From the human T2T-CHM13v2.0 reference genome, Homo sapiens, in the NCBI RefSeq assembly GCF_009914755.1, contig NC_060940.1: a stretch of DNA of 64,000 bases; one strand, given 5' to 3'. The number at the start of each line of letters is the position of its first letter. The stretch's first letter is position 1. Under the pieces are notes generated by a model. The model had not been told where the DNA came from. It did no database searches and worked only from the letters and a program-made list of their open reading frames with translations. The translations under genes were made by a program, and so were the position numbers. Shown here piece after piece: positions 25,005 through 37,769 of this stretch.

Positions 25005-26446
25005 CAAATGTACTAATCTTAATAAAGACCAGTGTGTTCAAAGAGTTTATACAAAATAAAACCAGAAAAAATATCCTAAAGAAAAAATGGGTAAAGGATA
25101 CAAACAATTCACACAAGAGAAATATACAAATAATTACAATCATTTTAAAAATTTCAACCTCATTAATAAATGCAGTCTTAAAAACAATATACTATTTTAT
25201 TTCTTAAAAGACAGCAAGTTTCAAAAATTGTCATTTTTGATAAAAATTTAGAGAAACTAGCCCTCGTATTCCTTCTCAAGAGATGTATAATCTAGAGTCA
25301 TTTTTCTAGAAGAAACCTGACACTATGTATCAAGGACTTTCATAATAATTCTTATAACCTTTAAGCCAGTCATTCCTCCACTCATAAAAATGGAGTGTAG
25401 GAAAATACTCATCCATGTTCAAAAAAAATGTGTATAAGTTGTTTATCTTGTAACAATAGCAAAAAAAAAAAAGAGAGAAATAAATAAAAGAAACCTGGAG
25501 GAAACCCACGTGTCCAACTACAGGATATTTATTAAATAAATGTTAACAATCCATTGTGCAGTGTATCATTACAGCCTTTGAACTAGCAAGGCTTACAAAA
25601 ATATTTAATGACATGGGTTATGCACATATTTTAGTGTTAATTTAAAAAACAGCAATAAATCATCATGAATTCAATTTCAGAAAAATTTAAGAGAAGAAGA
25701 GATACTTTATAGAATAAAAGTCTAAAGGAAACTATCAAACTATCCTTTGTGGATATAGAGGATTTGTATGTATGGGATATAGAGGATTTGTATTTTCTTC
25801 TTTATTTGTCTTTATTTTCTACAACAAGCATGCATTACTAAAAATTGGATAATTTTATTTTTCAGAAGAGTATGTTAAAAGCATGTCTTTTAATGCAGCC
25901 TAACAAGATTCTAAATATGTTTTTAAATGGCCTTAAATATGTTTCTCTATGGATAGTTGAGGCTAAGAAAAATGGTGAAGTACAAGGAAGGTAAATATGT
26001 TTCCCAAGTGCCATCATTCCTCTTACCTGCATCTGTGGCAGACATCACAAATCAATCCCAGTACTCTTTTCTGCTAGGTTCAGGTGCCTGCTGGGCACAT
26101 GCACTGGAAAGCTGCTACCAGTTAATCTCTTAAAATGATTGCCTATCTCTGATTTTGAAAAGAGCCCTGATGTGCTTTTCAAGAGACAACGATCCCGATT
26201 CTATATATTAGCCACCACCTGAGCCTTAGAACCTATCTCTGTAAACTGAGGGTTATAGACAACTGCGTCAGCACTGGGAAATCCTGACCAGCTGTTCCAT
26301 TTCCGAAGACCACCACCACGCTCATCCATCCCCCCAAACTCCTGCCTTTCCACAGTAGTCTTGCAACAAATCATCACATACCTGTAGAAGTTTCGTTGAG
26401 CCGTCTAGTACCCCATTTTGATTAACGTTCGCTCTTCCCTGTAGAT

Positions 26447-26658
26447 CTGAGTTTCTTGATGGTGGCATTATTGATGCTTTGGACCTCACAATTCTTTAAC
26501 TGGGGGCCTGTCTTGTGCATTTTAGAATGTTTAGCAGCATCTCTAGACACCATTCACTAGATGCTGGAAGCTCACCCCTAGCCAAGACGTTCAAAAATGT
26601 CTCTTGACATTGCCAAATGTCCCCTGGGGGGCAAAGCGGCATTTTTTGAGGACCACTG
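26447..26658 (-). mobile_element. MER20
   Basis: GTGCATTTTAGAATGTTTAGCAGCATC...AAAATGTCTC...GACATTGCCAAATGTCCCCTGGGGGGCAAA...GAGGACCACTG. Confidence 0.85.
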
Positions 26659-26914
26659 TTGTAGATCCTCCTCCTCTGTAGGAAGAAATTAGTTCCTTTA
26701 GATTCTGAGGTTCACTGAAGGTCACTCCCTACCCTCAGCAGGGATGGAGTGAAAAAGGGATCTGAGAAAGCTTCCCACCTTTCAGTCAGGCCTCTCTTCG
26801 GGAAAAGACCACGTCCCTGAGGGTCTAGGGTGGAGACCCTGGGGATGCAACCTGCTGCACTTTACTCTCCCTACTGTGCACATGGCACAGCTGCCAAGGA
26901 CCAGAGCCATCCAT

Positions 26915-27025
26915 TGGAGAGCATAAATCACTATTCAGGGCCGGCTGGGCACTTAGCATAATGGGGTGATTGACAGGTGGATATTTACACTCAGCCGTCT
27001 TTAAGTGGGCAAATCAATCAGCTGG
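26915..27025. promoter_or_regulatory. TALE/HOX motif cluster (candidate enhancer core)
   Basis: CATAAATCA (26922-30), TGATTGACAG (26967-76), TATTTAC, ATCAATCA (27013-20). Confidence 0.5.
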
Positions 27026-27641
27026 TGGCAGTGTAGAAAGGGGGTAGCAGAAGGAATTAACAGGCTCCAGGACCACTGTGTCCACTCCCTGCGGGTACCA
27101 CAGAAGATTCTGGAAAATTTTTGTACAGAGCCCTGCTTTGAGGCATTTATAATGAGGCTCCTTTATGGCCTCCTGGCTTTCCAAGCTGTTACCTTACACG
27201 GGCAAAGTCTCCATTTTCTCCATCTCATGGTGAGAAAACTGAGGCCCAGTGAGGTAAAGAGATGGGGTCAACCACTGGTGATAAAGTCAGGCTTGCTGAC
27301 TTATGTTCAAAGGGTCTAGTTCTTCAAATTAAACAAAGAAAATAAACATGCCCCATTTTTGTCAGAGCCAACATGATTTCTAACTTTCAGTTCATCATTT
27401 TGGGCTGAGGGGGATGTAATTCAATTAAAGACAGAAACATTAAGTACACAGTAAAACTATCACACGTTGAGGATTTATAGGGGTATGGATTAACAGCATC
27501 AGTAAAGTATTTACCTTAATCAATAGGAAAAGGTGATTTAAATGTTTAGGAGCCTCCTGCACTTCTGCCGGCCAAGGCTTCTTTTAAAAGCTTGTATTTG
27601 GTTGACACACTCCTCAGTTTCCCCCAATGTGCTCCCCTTAG

Positions 27642-27706
27642 CAAAGTTAATTACCATGGTTGACGTCCTTCCCTTCAAAGTTAATTACCATGGCTGACGT
27701 CCTTCC
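27642..27706. repeat. 34-bp tandem duplication
   Basis: CAAAGTTAATTACCATGG(T/C)TGACGTCCTTCC twice, one mismatch. Confidence 0.9.
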
Positions 27707-27744
27707 TTCCTTTCCATACCACCATGGCTGCCTTTGACCCCTCT

Positions 27745-28065
27745 TTTAGGTTCTCCTAAAGGAGATGCTGCAATCAAGTTCCGGGTACAAGATTTTTTTA
27801 AGAATCAACATCTGTGATACTTAGGAGGAAACAGGATTGAGCACAGGAAGGATCTGAACTCTGGTGCAGCCCAGCAGAGACACAGCCAATCTGGCAGGGA
27901 GCTCTGGAGTGGGAGCGCTGCTCTCAATGGCTCCAATTAAATTAAGGCACAATGACCAGGCCTTTGTACCGTCCCTCACCCAAGTGCCCACTAACCCAGG
28001 AAGGGCATAACCTCAGGCAAGGTGGTTCTCTGCAGCTCAGACAGACCCTAAAGGAGCTGCCACAA
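27745..28065. mobile_element. ERVL LTR (LTR16-like)
   Basis: ATCAACATCTGTG...CAGGATTGAGCA...GGGAGCTCTGGAG...GGCCTTT...GGAAGGGCATAACCT. Confidence 0.55.
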
Positions 28066-28714
28066 CCCCTCAAGGTCCTATGAGAGAGTGTCTGTGCTAT
28101 GTGAAACCTTGATTGCTAAAGGTCTGTGTTCAAAAGAGGTAGCAAGTCAGAAGCCATTGTAAATCAAGCTTGGGGTGATAAACTATGACTTTTTTTTCTA
28201 AAACACTCAATTCCATTGAGTCTTTATGGTGACCGAGTTAAGGCATAGACATTTTTCTAGTTATTTTGGTATATTGGAAAAGATACCTGGCCAGGTGGGA
28301 GCTACATCACCTGAAGTCAAGCTGCAGTTGGAACCTTCTTTCTGGGTGACTTTTGTCACTTCCTTTTCCCTTTTTTGGGCCTCAGTCTTTATATCTAAAA
28401 AAAAAACCAACAGGAATTGCATGACAGGTGTGTTTCCCAGCTTTCCAAATCAGTGGCTTTCCCTCATGGGGAACTTGTTAAAATCCAGGTTCCCGGGCTC
28501 TCCAGGAGAGTGGCCCAGGAGTCTGATCTGTTTCATCAGTGTCTCAGATGATCCTTAAGATCAGTTGGTTTTACACCTGGAGTAGGATTCCCTAAGTCAG
28601 ACCTGCTGCAACAGAATCACCTGGGAAAGTGTGTAAGGTGGAGATGCTCCAGCCCCAGCTGGAAGATCGGATTCAAAGTCTGCATTTAAATAGAAACAGG
28701 GCTGATGATAATCA

Positions 28715-29207
28715 ACATAATAGATCAATTGCATTAATGGCCCCTATTCTTCACCTTGCCTGCACCCATGCCCTTCTCATGTGACATTGGAGTTCCTCCA
28801 AAAAGGGAGAGTATATGTTTTCCTATCCCCACACGATTTGTTTGGCCAATAGAAGAGATAAAACGGACTGTGTGCCAATCTCTATTCTTGACTTCCAGAG
28901 GCCCTGCATGTTTCCATTTACTCATTTACACTCCCATCATTGCCTTGAGAAGTCCATTCCTGGATCAATCCACTGATGCCAGGAGAAGGATGAGAGATGT
29001 GTGAGGCAGAACTGCCCAGCTAAGATGTCCCAGCCAACCCAGCCTACAGCACAGCCCCAGCTGACCTGCAGATATGCAAGTGTGCAAGCCTAGATCAGCC
29101 AACCTCTAGCTGACCACCATAACTAATGGGAAACAAACTATCCTGGTATGCCACTAAAGTGATGTGATTGTTATATAACATTACTGTGGTCCCAATTAAT
29201 CAATACA
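28715..29207 (+). mobile_element. MaLR LTR (MLT1H-like)
   Basis: TTTGGCCAATAGAA...CCAGCTGACCTGCAGA...ACATTACTGTGG...AATACA end. Confidence 0.65.
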
Positions 29208-29219
29208 ATTAACATAATA

Positions 29220-29370
29220 GATGCTAATAGTTATTGAGCACTTACTATTTGCCAGGCCATGTATTAATTATTCCGTATATGTTAGCCATTTAATTTTCAC
29301 AGTGACCATAAGACACTGGGACTGTTATCCTCATTTTACAGATGAAGAAACTACAACACAGATTATTGAC
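29220..29370 (-). mobile_element. MIR
   Basis: TTATTGAGCACTTACTATTTGCCAGG...CATTTTACAGATGAAGAAACT. Confidence 0.75.
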
Positions 29371-30231
29371 ATCTGTGCTGAGCTCCAGGAACCCCAGAAG
29401 ACTTGATTTGGGGGAATGGCATATTGAAGGGTCATTGACAGGGCTGAGAAGGGGAAAACAGAAAGTTGGAAAATAGTTGACTATGCTATGAGTCTGAGTG
29501 CAGAGAAGAAAAGGAATAATTATTGCCATGATTATAATTATGCCAGAGTCTCAAAAACATACCATTTGCAAATCCTTCCCTCACAATGCAAAGATGATGA
29601 AATCCAAATCATCTATGGTTATGATGGAGGAAGCCTGTTGTGTTTTCTTCTTCCTTTCATGTAGGGATCATAAAAAGGGAAAGTTGGGGCAGAACAGCCA
29701 GGCACAGAGGCCCCCCATCCCTTTGCATACAGGAGCCTCTGAACTTCGGAGGCAGACCCCGCACTAACAATTTCTTGTCAACCCTACCCAAATTATAGTT
29801 ATAACAGGGCTCAGCGATTACAGAGAGCAAGTGTTTTGTGGCATTCCAAAGGAGTTCAGTAAACCAGGTTTGTCTCTGAAGTAACTTACAGGTGTCTTTT
29901 GTTATGTGGGGGTAAGACAGGTAATAAGGTCTTTTGCAAAGTGTGTACCCCCCAAATCTAGGATAATCTCCCCTTCCCCACCCTGTGGGGATGTTAGGCT
30001 TTCTCTTGATACAGAGCCTTTTTTCAGTTCCTTTTTTTGGCCAGCACTGGGGACTCTCCTGGGGCCTTTCCCAATTTCTGGGTACTGACTGGGGGCCCCA
30101 GGGCATGCAGGCCTCTCCCTCCCACCTCACTCAGCAGGAAGCTGGTATTCCAGGGCTGACCTGGACAATTGACCATTGCTGTAGGCAACCCCTGTGGTGG
30201 AGAAGCCCAAGCTCAAGTGCCCTGGCCTATA

Positions 30232-30442
30232 GAGAGGCAGTACGGTCCAGCTGTTAGGAGCCTAGACCAAGAGTCTCATGGTTGTGCACTGCCCCTGGGC
30301 AAGTTCCTTAATCTCTCCATGGCTCCATCTCATTATCTATAAGGTGGGGATGATAACAGGATCATTATACAAAGATTGGGTTAATTCATATAAGATGCTT
30401 AGAATAGTATGCGGCACAGGGTAAGGTCTACAACAGTATTAG
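30232..30442 (+). mobile_element. MIR
   Basis: GAGAGGCAGT...TGGGCAAGTTCCTTAATCTCTC...GCTTAGAATAGT. Confidence 0.65.
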
Positions 30443-31321
30443 CCTTACTTGGTGTTGATCAATCTCCCCTTCTCCCCTCTCTTTTGACCCTCTTTCCTCT
30501 CTTCAACCCCTGCACCTGGAAAATATGCCCAGGGAGTTAGGAAATACGCTACCCACTAGAAAAATGGGAATGCTGCTTTGGGAGAAGGAAACTCAACAGA
30601 TCAACAGATGAAATATGGAGCCTTCAACGGAAGAGCTGGGATTTCAAAGTCACCCTCCCATGACCAGAGGGGAATGTCAAAATCTTTCCATCCTTAGATC
30701 CCAAAGGTCTGTGCTACCCACCCCTATGATCACTCTTTAACCTGGCCTGCCTCAATCCCTCCTCAGCCAGAGGGTCTAACATCATTTCTGCATCTCCTCC
30801 AGGTCCCTTCTGTTTTCTCAGGGGAGACCATGGAGTTGCCTAGATCTCTTTTATTTTAAATCCATTCTTCATCTGAAATGAGCCTTTAATGCAAGCCATA
30901 TCAAATTCTTTTGGAAAGTAGGAAGCTAGACATCATAAATAAACACATTTGGATTAAGTGGGGAGCAGGTCAGAGAGAAGGCGGAATTACAGGATAATTT
31001 TTAAGTGGATGCAGCTTTATTCCTCTCAAGAATTTACAGTGACTCTTCCCGCGCTGTCATCCTATGAATCTAACTGCTGACAAATTATCTCTAAGTTGAG
31101 GTCCTGCTGGGACTTCTTTGTTGAGTAAATTAGAGGACAGGTTTCCATACTAATTGTAGGCTAGCAATTGTACTAATGACAAAGGAATCCTCCCTATTCA
31201 TCATAAGTAGGTTGAAGCAGGGTCTGCCTCATTCTCCATCCCCTTCACATAACTGATGCATTGCTCAGGGAGCCTCGGCTTCATGGCTTCAGCAAAAGCC
31301 CTGCTCAGCTGGGGCAGCTTT

Positions 31322-31762
<441 letters not shown>

Positions 31763-31914
31763 AGCCCTGGGTTTTTAACCAGATTTGGCACCTGTGACTG
31801 TAGTCAATGCCCTTTGAAGGTGCTCTCTGCTCATTTCTATTTTTCTGAGAACTGCTCACCAAAGCAGGATGGGGAGGTGGTGGGGAAATGATGGTTCGTA
31901 CTACATGGCTCACT

Positions 31915-33400
31915 CCTTTTTATTCACTCAGCACTGAGCAGCTACTATTCACCAGTCATTATAGACTACTGGGTGCTGGAGATACAGTACTAACCAACAT
32001 AGGGCAAGTGCTTTGTCCTCCTGGAGTTTGCCTTCTGCTCCAAGGCGAAATAAGACGGTTCATATAGTGGCAAGTGCTATGGAAAAGTGAAAGCAGGAAA
32101 TGGAATTGTGAGTGACAAAGGAGCCAGGAAGAGGCCACTATGGCATCAGAAAGAAGGATGGCGACTTGGACCCAGATGGTGGGGGTGGTGCAGATGGGGA
32201 GAAGTGAATAGATTTAACTGATATTTTGGTTATAATATTTGCTGGATTTGATGATGAGTTGATTGAGAGGGTGAGGGATAGTGATACAGAAGAAGGGCAG
32301 GGAAGTGCTGGGTAGAGAAGGGCAGGGTCCCTGGCACGGTCTTCACCCTTGGGCCTGTGCCCACAGACCTAAGCGAGGACAGGCACTCCTGTTTTTGCAC
32401 CCAAAATTTGCATTTTCCAAAACAGCTCCCGCTTGCCATGCCCTGCCAACCCTGTGCCTATAAAAACCCCAACACTCTAGCAGGCACACACACAAGTGGC
32501 TGGATGCCGAGAGGAGCAAAGGAACAGAAGAGCACACCGACAGGCACCAGCAGATGAGTGCAGGCCGTCAACTATGAGACAACGTGGAATTTGGCCGGAG
32601 GCAGTCAGAGCAGAGTCAGGCCACTGGGCAGCCCAATACCAGGGGAAGATCACCTTCCCACTCTATTCCTCTTCGGGCCTCCCCATCCATCTCACTGAGA
32701 GCGTCCACAACTCAATAAAACCTTGCACCCATCCTCCAAGGCCACATGTGATCCAATTTTTCTGGTACAGCAAGGCAAGGACCTGGGATACAGAAAGCCC
32801 TCTGTTCTTGGGATAAGGCAAAGGGTCTAATTGAGCTGATTAACACAAGCCACTTGCAGATGGCAAAACTGAAAGAGCACACTGTAACACATGCCCACTG
32901 GGGCTTCAGGAGCTGTAAACACTCAACCCTAGACATTGCCATGGGATCGGAGCCCGATGACCTGCCTGTCTGCATGCTCCCCCTAGGGGTTTGAGCAGTA
33001 GGGCACCAAAGAAGCGAGCCACACCCCTGTCACACACCCTAGAAGTAAGCCACTTCTGTCACATGCCCTGCCAGGGGGATAAGGGAAAACTCCTCCCATT
33101 TCAATAAGAAGAATGAAAGATGATTGAAATGTTTAGCCTGTACATGTGTGGCTGATGGTACCATTGATCAAGCTGGGGAAGGAAGGAAAGGAAAAGCTCT
33201 AAGGGGAGAATCAAGGTTCCAAACACATGGGCACAGTTCGAGAGGCTGGGATGAGTTTGTCTCTCCCAGGAATGTGAGGTTAGGACGCACACTATTGGGA
33301 TAGTGAATGATGTGGCAAGCCATGAAAAGCCAGGGTTGTGAAGTTCAAGGAAAGGCACAAAGGCACAAAAAAATGTGGTCAAAGTCAGCAGAGAAAGCCA
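31915..33400 (-). mobile_element. L2 fragments split by the LTR1-family insertion
   Basis: GGGTGCTGGAGATACAG...AAGTGCTATGGA...GATGGGGAGAAGTG; resumes after 33103. Confidence 0.55.
32282..33103 (+). mobile_element. ERV1 solo LTR (LTR1 family)
   Basis: TG...CA termini, TATAAAA 32459-65, AATAAA 32714-19, GGGTCTAATTGAGCTG; near-TSD ATAG/ATAA. Confidence 0.8.
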
Positions 33401-33569
33401 CTCTGTGGAGGAAGAAAAGTGTGAAGAAGATGCTCAGCTTGCCATAGAGATGCGACACCACCTGGCTTCCAAGGGGCAGCAGCTGCCTTGGTTTAAGATG
33501 ACTTCCAGTTTTGATTCCTGATCTGCAGAGACCCTATTCTCCTTCCTGCTCTTGGGTTCTGTAATAAGT

Positions 33570-34051
33570 TGGTTGAATTAAGGGCACCTCTCTGTGCTGA
33601 CACCCTTTGCTGTGTTAACTCTGTTGTGTCTTCCCACTCCGAGTGGGGATGTACTACGCTACCCTTGACTCTGGGCTCCATTGTCAGACTTGTTTTGGGA
33701 TGTTAGCAAGTGACCCAGTAGAAGCTTGAGAAAGCACTTGGGCATTTCCACATATGCTGTTGCTCCTCAGCCTTTGACATGAGAACACGCCCCAGCTATC
33801 CTGTTGGAGGATGAGACACACAGAACACACCTGGGCCACCCAGGCTGCCCAGCCAAAGCCATTCTAGATTAACTGACCTGCAGCTGACCCAGACGTGTAA
33901 GTGATCTGAGCCCAGAAGGACTGCCCTGCTGAAGCAAGCCTAAATCGCTAATCCAGACTTATCAGATAAATTCATGTTATTTGTTTCAAATTAGATAATA
34001 TTTTAGCTGGTTTGTTACACAGCATTACTGTGGCAATAGGTAACTGACACA
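33570..34051 (+). mobile_element. MaLR LTR (MLT1H-like)
   Basis: CCATGAGAAC-like, CAGCTGACCCAGAC; ends TTGTTACACAGCATTACTGTGGCAATAGGTAACTGACACA. Confidence 0.7.
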
Positions 34052-34624
34052 GGTTTCATAAAATTCCTCCACAGCTTTCAGAATAACTCCCTAATTTGGG
34101 GATTTCTTTTTGCTTAAATTAGTTAGGTCAAGTAATCCCTGCCTAAATCAGTAGAGACCATGCCAAAATAAGATCACACTTCACAGCATGCTGGTATTTG
34201 CAGGTGGTGTAAGGACATGGGAATGCTCTCAGTTGCCTGTTATGCCTCAAACTGGGAAGAAAAATATATACTGGGGTGGAGTAGGTAAAGCATTCTAATC
34301 ATAGCCCTCAAAGAAGAAGAAATATTTAATATTTTATGAACTTTCTCTTCTCATCATTTAAACAACAATAAATGTAACATATCAATTTACATTATGATCC
34401 TTTTATTGCATTATAATCAGGTGCCAAGTGGTTAAAGATTTATGAAGAGATATTATTACAAAGGCAGTAATGAAAATGAATGGGCAGTGGGTAGAACCGC
34501 TTAGGGGTGAGGGGAGCCTCATAGAAGGTGCCCTGTAGCAAAATGGGTTGCCAGGGAGGTCACGAAGGCTACAGTCATGAAATGAATGGAAGGAAAAAGA
34601 ATAGCTTGGGGGTAAGTGCAGAGA

Positions 34625-34810
34625 ACACGGAGGAGGGTTTGAGTCCCAACTCTGGCACATAGTAGGTCTGTGATCTTTGAAAAATCATTCAACTCAGCCT
34701 CAGAGTTGATCCCTGAAAAGGGCATGATACCCACTCAATGCACTTCATAGGTTCATGGTAAAGATTTTATCACATCCTGGAAGTAAGCACCCAATATGCT
34801 GTTTGCTTTG
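34625..34810 (+). mobile_element. MIR
   Basis: GGGTTTGAGTCCCAACTCTG...TGTGATCTTTG...GTAAGCACCCAATA. Confidence 0.55.
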
Positions 34811-34872
34811 TTATTTATATTTTTAATGCTGTTATAATTATTATTACCCATAGTAATATTTCAAATTATTGA

Positions 34873-35205
<333 letters not shown>

Positions 35206-35594
35206 TCCCAGAGATATTCTTGGGGCCGCTTCCTTTTATTTACTGAGATGGAATCTAATGGTCCAGCTATAATTGTGGTGTGTGGAAAACCATACTGCAA
35301 TCCCTTGCCTGGTCCTGGAAAATCCATGAATGAACTGTAATTAATGTCACATGGATTGAACTGTCAGGCCCTGAAGAGGCTCCAACACCCAGCCCTATTC
35401 ACCTGTGTCCATTCAAGCATTGCCTAAACTGTGGGCACCTCAGTTTCATTTGTGAAATGGGGATAAAGCCATCTCTGCCATAGCGGTAATGAGGAACAAA
35501 TGTGATAACATTTGCAGCAACATCAAAGTCAGGTTTTTAAATGCAAGGCCATATTCTTTTGTGATATTTTTTTGAATCAGTACAATATGAAGCC

Positions 35595-35815
35595 AGTCAA
35601 GATTGCGATGTCTGGAATCAGAGTTCCTGGGTATGAATGCTGCCTTCACCACTCATATGTCCTCGAGCGAAGGGCTTAACCTCTAGGCTCAGCTTCCTCA
35701 TCTTTGAAATGGGAGCAGTTCTAGCACCCAGCTCATGTGACTGCCCTGAAGCTTACACGAGGTGGTTCTGGTAGAGTCATGACCCACGCTTGGCACAGCC
35801 CATAAGCTCAATAAA
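35595..35815 (+). mobile_element. MIR
   Basis: TCTGGAATCAGA...CTTAACCTCT...CAGCTTCCTCATCTTTGAAATGGG...TGGCACAG...CTCAATAAA. Confidence 0.6.
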
Positions 35816-36192
35816 ATCTCAGCAACCACAGAGAGCTGCATTTCCAGAAAAGTGAGAGAAAACCCAGAGAGTGATGTTGGTCTTGTCTGGGAAGAATGGT
35901 GTGTGTATTGAGTAGGGAGGTGTCACTTGCAGGCACAGGGTACTCCATTTGAACAAGCCTACATGAGGCTTCGGGAGACTCCCCCAAAAAAGAATGCACA
36001 CAGACCATGATGCATAGATACCCCCTCTCCCCCAGTGTGTGACATCAGTTAAACATGGTGAAACACAAAAACAGAGAACATCCAGTTCTTAAAATCAGGG
36101 ATACCTACTAAAAGATCAGGAGTAATGAAATGTTCTCTTAAAATACAAGTCAGTGGGAAACTAACTCTGTCAAATTTTCTGGACCATTTCTA

Positions 36193-36510
<318 letters not shown>

Positions 36511-36537
36511 TAGGGGTGTCACCAGCAGGCTCTAAAG

Positions 36538-36688
36538 CAGTGGTTTTCAAAGTGTGGTCTTCTGGACAGCTGCATATATCAGGCTCCACCCAGAGTTATG
36601 CAATCAGAAATTCTGGGGGTGGGGTCCAGGTATTTTTGTTTTAACAGCCCTCTGGGTGATTTGATGTGTACTCATTTGAGCATCACAG
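36538..36688 (+). mobile_element. MER5A
   Basis: CAGTGGTTTTCAAAGTGTGGTC...AATCAGAAATTCTGGGGGTGGGG...TGTTTTAACA. Confidence 0.75.
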
Positions 36689-37119
36689 CCCTAATGGAGA
36701 GGAATGGAAGCAACTCACAAACATGCCTGTGGCAATCCTTGGGGACCCAACCCTCCCATTTCACACCCACTTCTGTCTCTCCATCCTCCCTCCTCACACT
36801 TATAGATTGTCTTTCTCTTCTTCAAAACTGATCACAAGCCAGTTTGGAGCATCAATTTCTGCATCAAGTTTTTTTGGATACAAGTGGATTTGTTAAGAGT
36901 TGTGGGCACATCAGGTGTCTCTGCTATTTTCTTTCCAAGCCCATGGCTTTATGGCACTGTTCTGCCTGTGTCACTGAATCACAATGCATTGTCACAATAA
37001 GCTCTACTTTGAGTATTCATCCTATAAATACTTCATATGGCTTGTTTCTTTTACCCCTCATAACAATGTGGTTTGATATCTGGTTTGACATCTGTCAAAA
37101 GAGGATGATACTTATGTGG

Positions 37120-37275
37120 TAGGTGTCATTATCATCCCTTTTGATATATGGGTAAACTGAGGTGCAAAAAGGAAAAGAGTATCTGAAACCACAGAGCTAG
37201 TAAGCAGCCCAGCTTGGGCTTTAGCTCATGTAGTCTGAATCCAAGGCCAGTTCTCCTGCCCACCAGGCTATGTGG
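37120..37275 (-). mobile_element. MIR
   Basis: GGTAGGTGTCATTATCATCCC...TGGGTAAACTGAGG...AGAGCTAGTAAG. Confidence 0.65.
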
Positions 37276-37769
37276 CCTCCTGAAGATGGGATCATTCGCA
37301 TTCTTACTAATGAATTAGGAAGAACAGTAAATTTATAATATGAGAACATACACACAAGTCCTGACCCTGTGACTGACCAGGTATATGCCTTGGGCAGAGG
37401 CCTTCAGATCTTAACACTCGGTTCTTCCATCTATAAACTGGGGATACTAAATTCTGCCCGGCTTTCCCTCCAGAGTTGCTTACAGGAGCATCAACGGTGA
37501 TGTGCTGGAAGATACCTTACAAACTGGAGAATGCCTGGTAACTGTAAGTGATTATTATTCTCATGAGATGCCCAAGACTGAGATTGGCTGGTCCTCTGGG
37601 TGAAGGTAACATACACGTAGCTAGTGACAATAATTGCTTCCACTTCCTATGGTCACACCCACCAGCATTCCCCGAGCTGCATCCCACCAGACTGCTCCCC
37701 TGCTCCTCAAAACTAGAATTGTTTAATGAGGTGGCTAATTTTCCTGGGGTGAGTCTGAAGGTCAGGTGC

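Larger units (their letters stand above)
17800..25850 (+). mobile_element. Fragmented ancient L1M ORF2/3' sequence hosting many nested insertions
   Basis: Strong A bias; RT remnants (CCAATCTCACATATGAATATAGATGCAAA; TTTGCAGATGACATG = FADDM at 20915-20929); no intact ORF; may be more than one L1. Confidence 0.7.
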
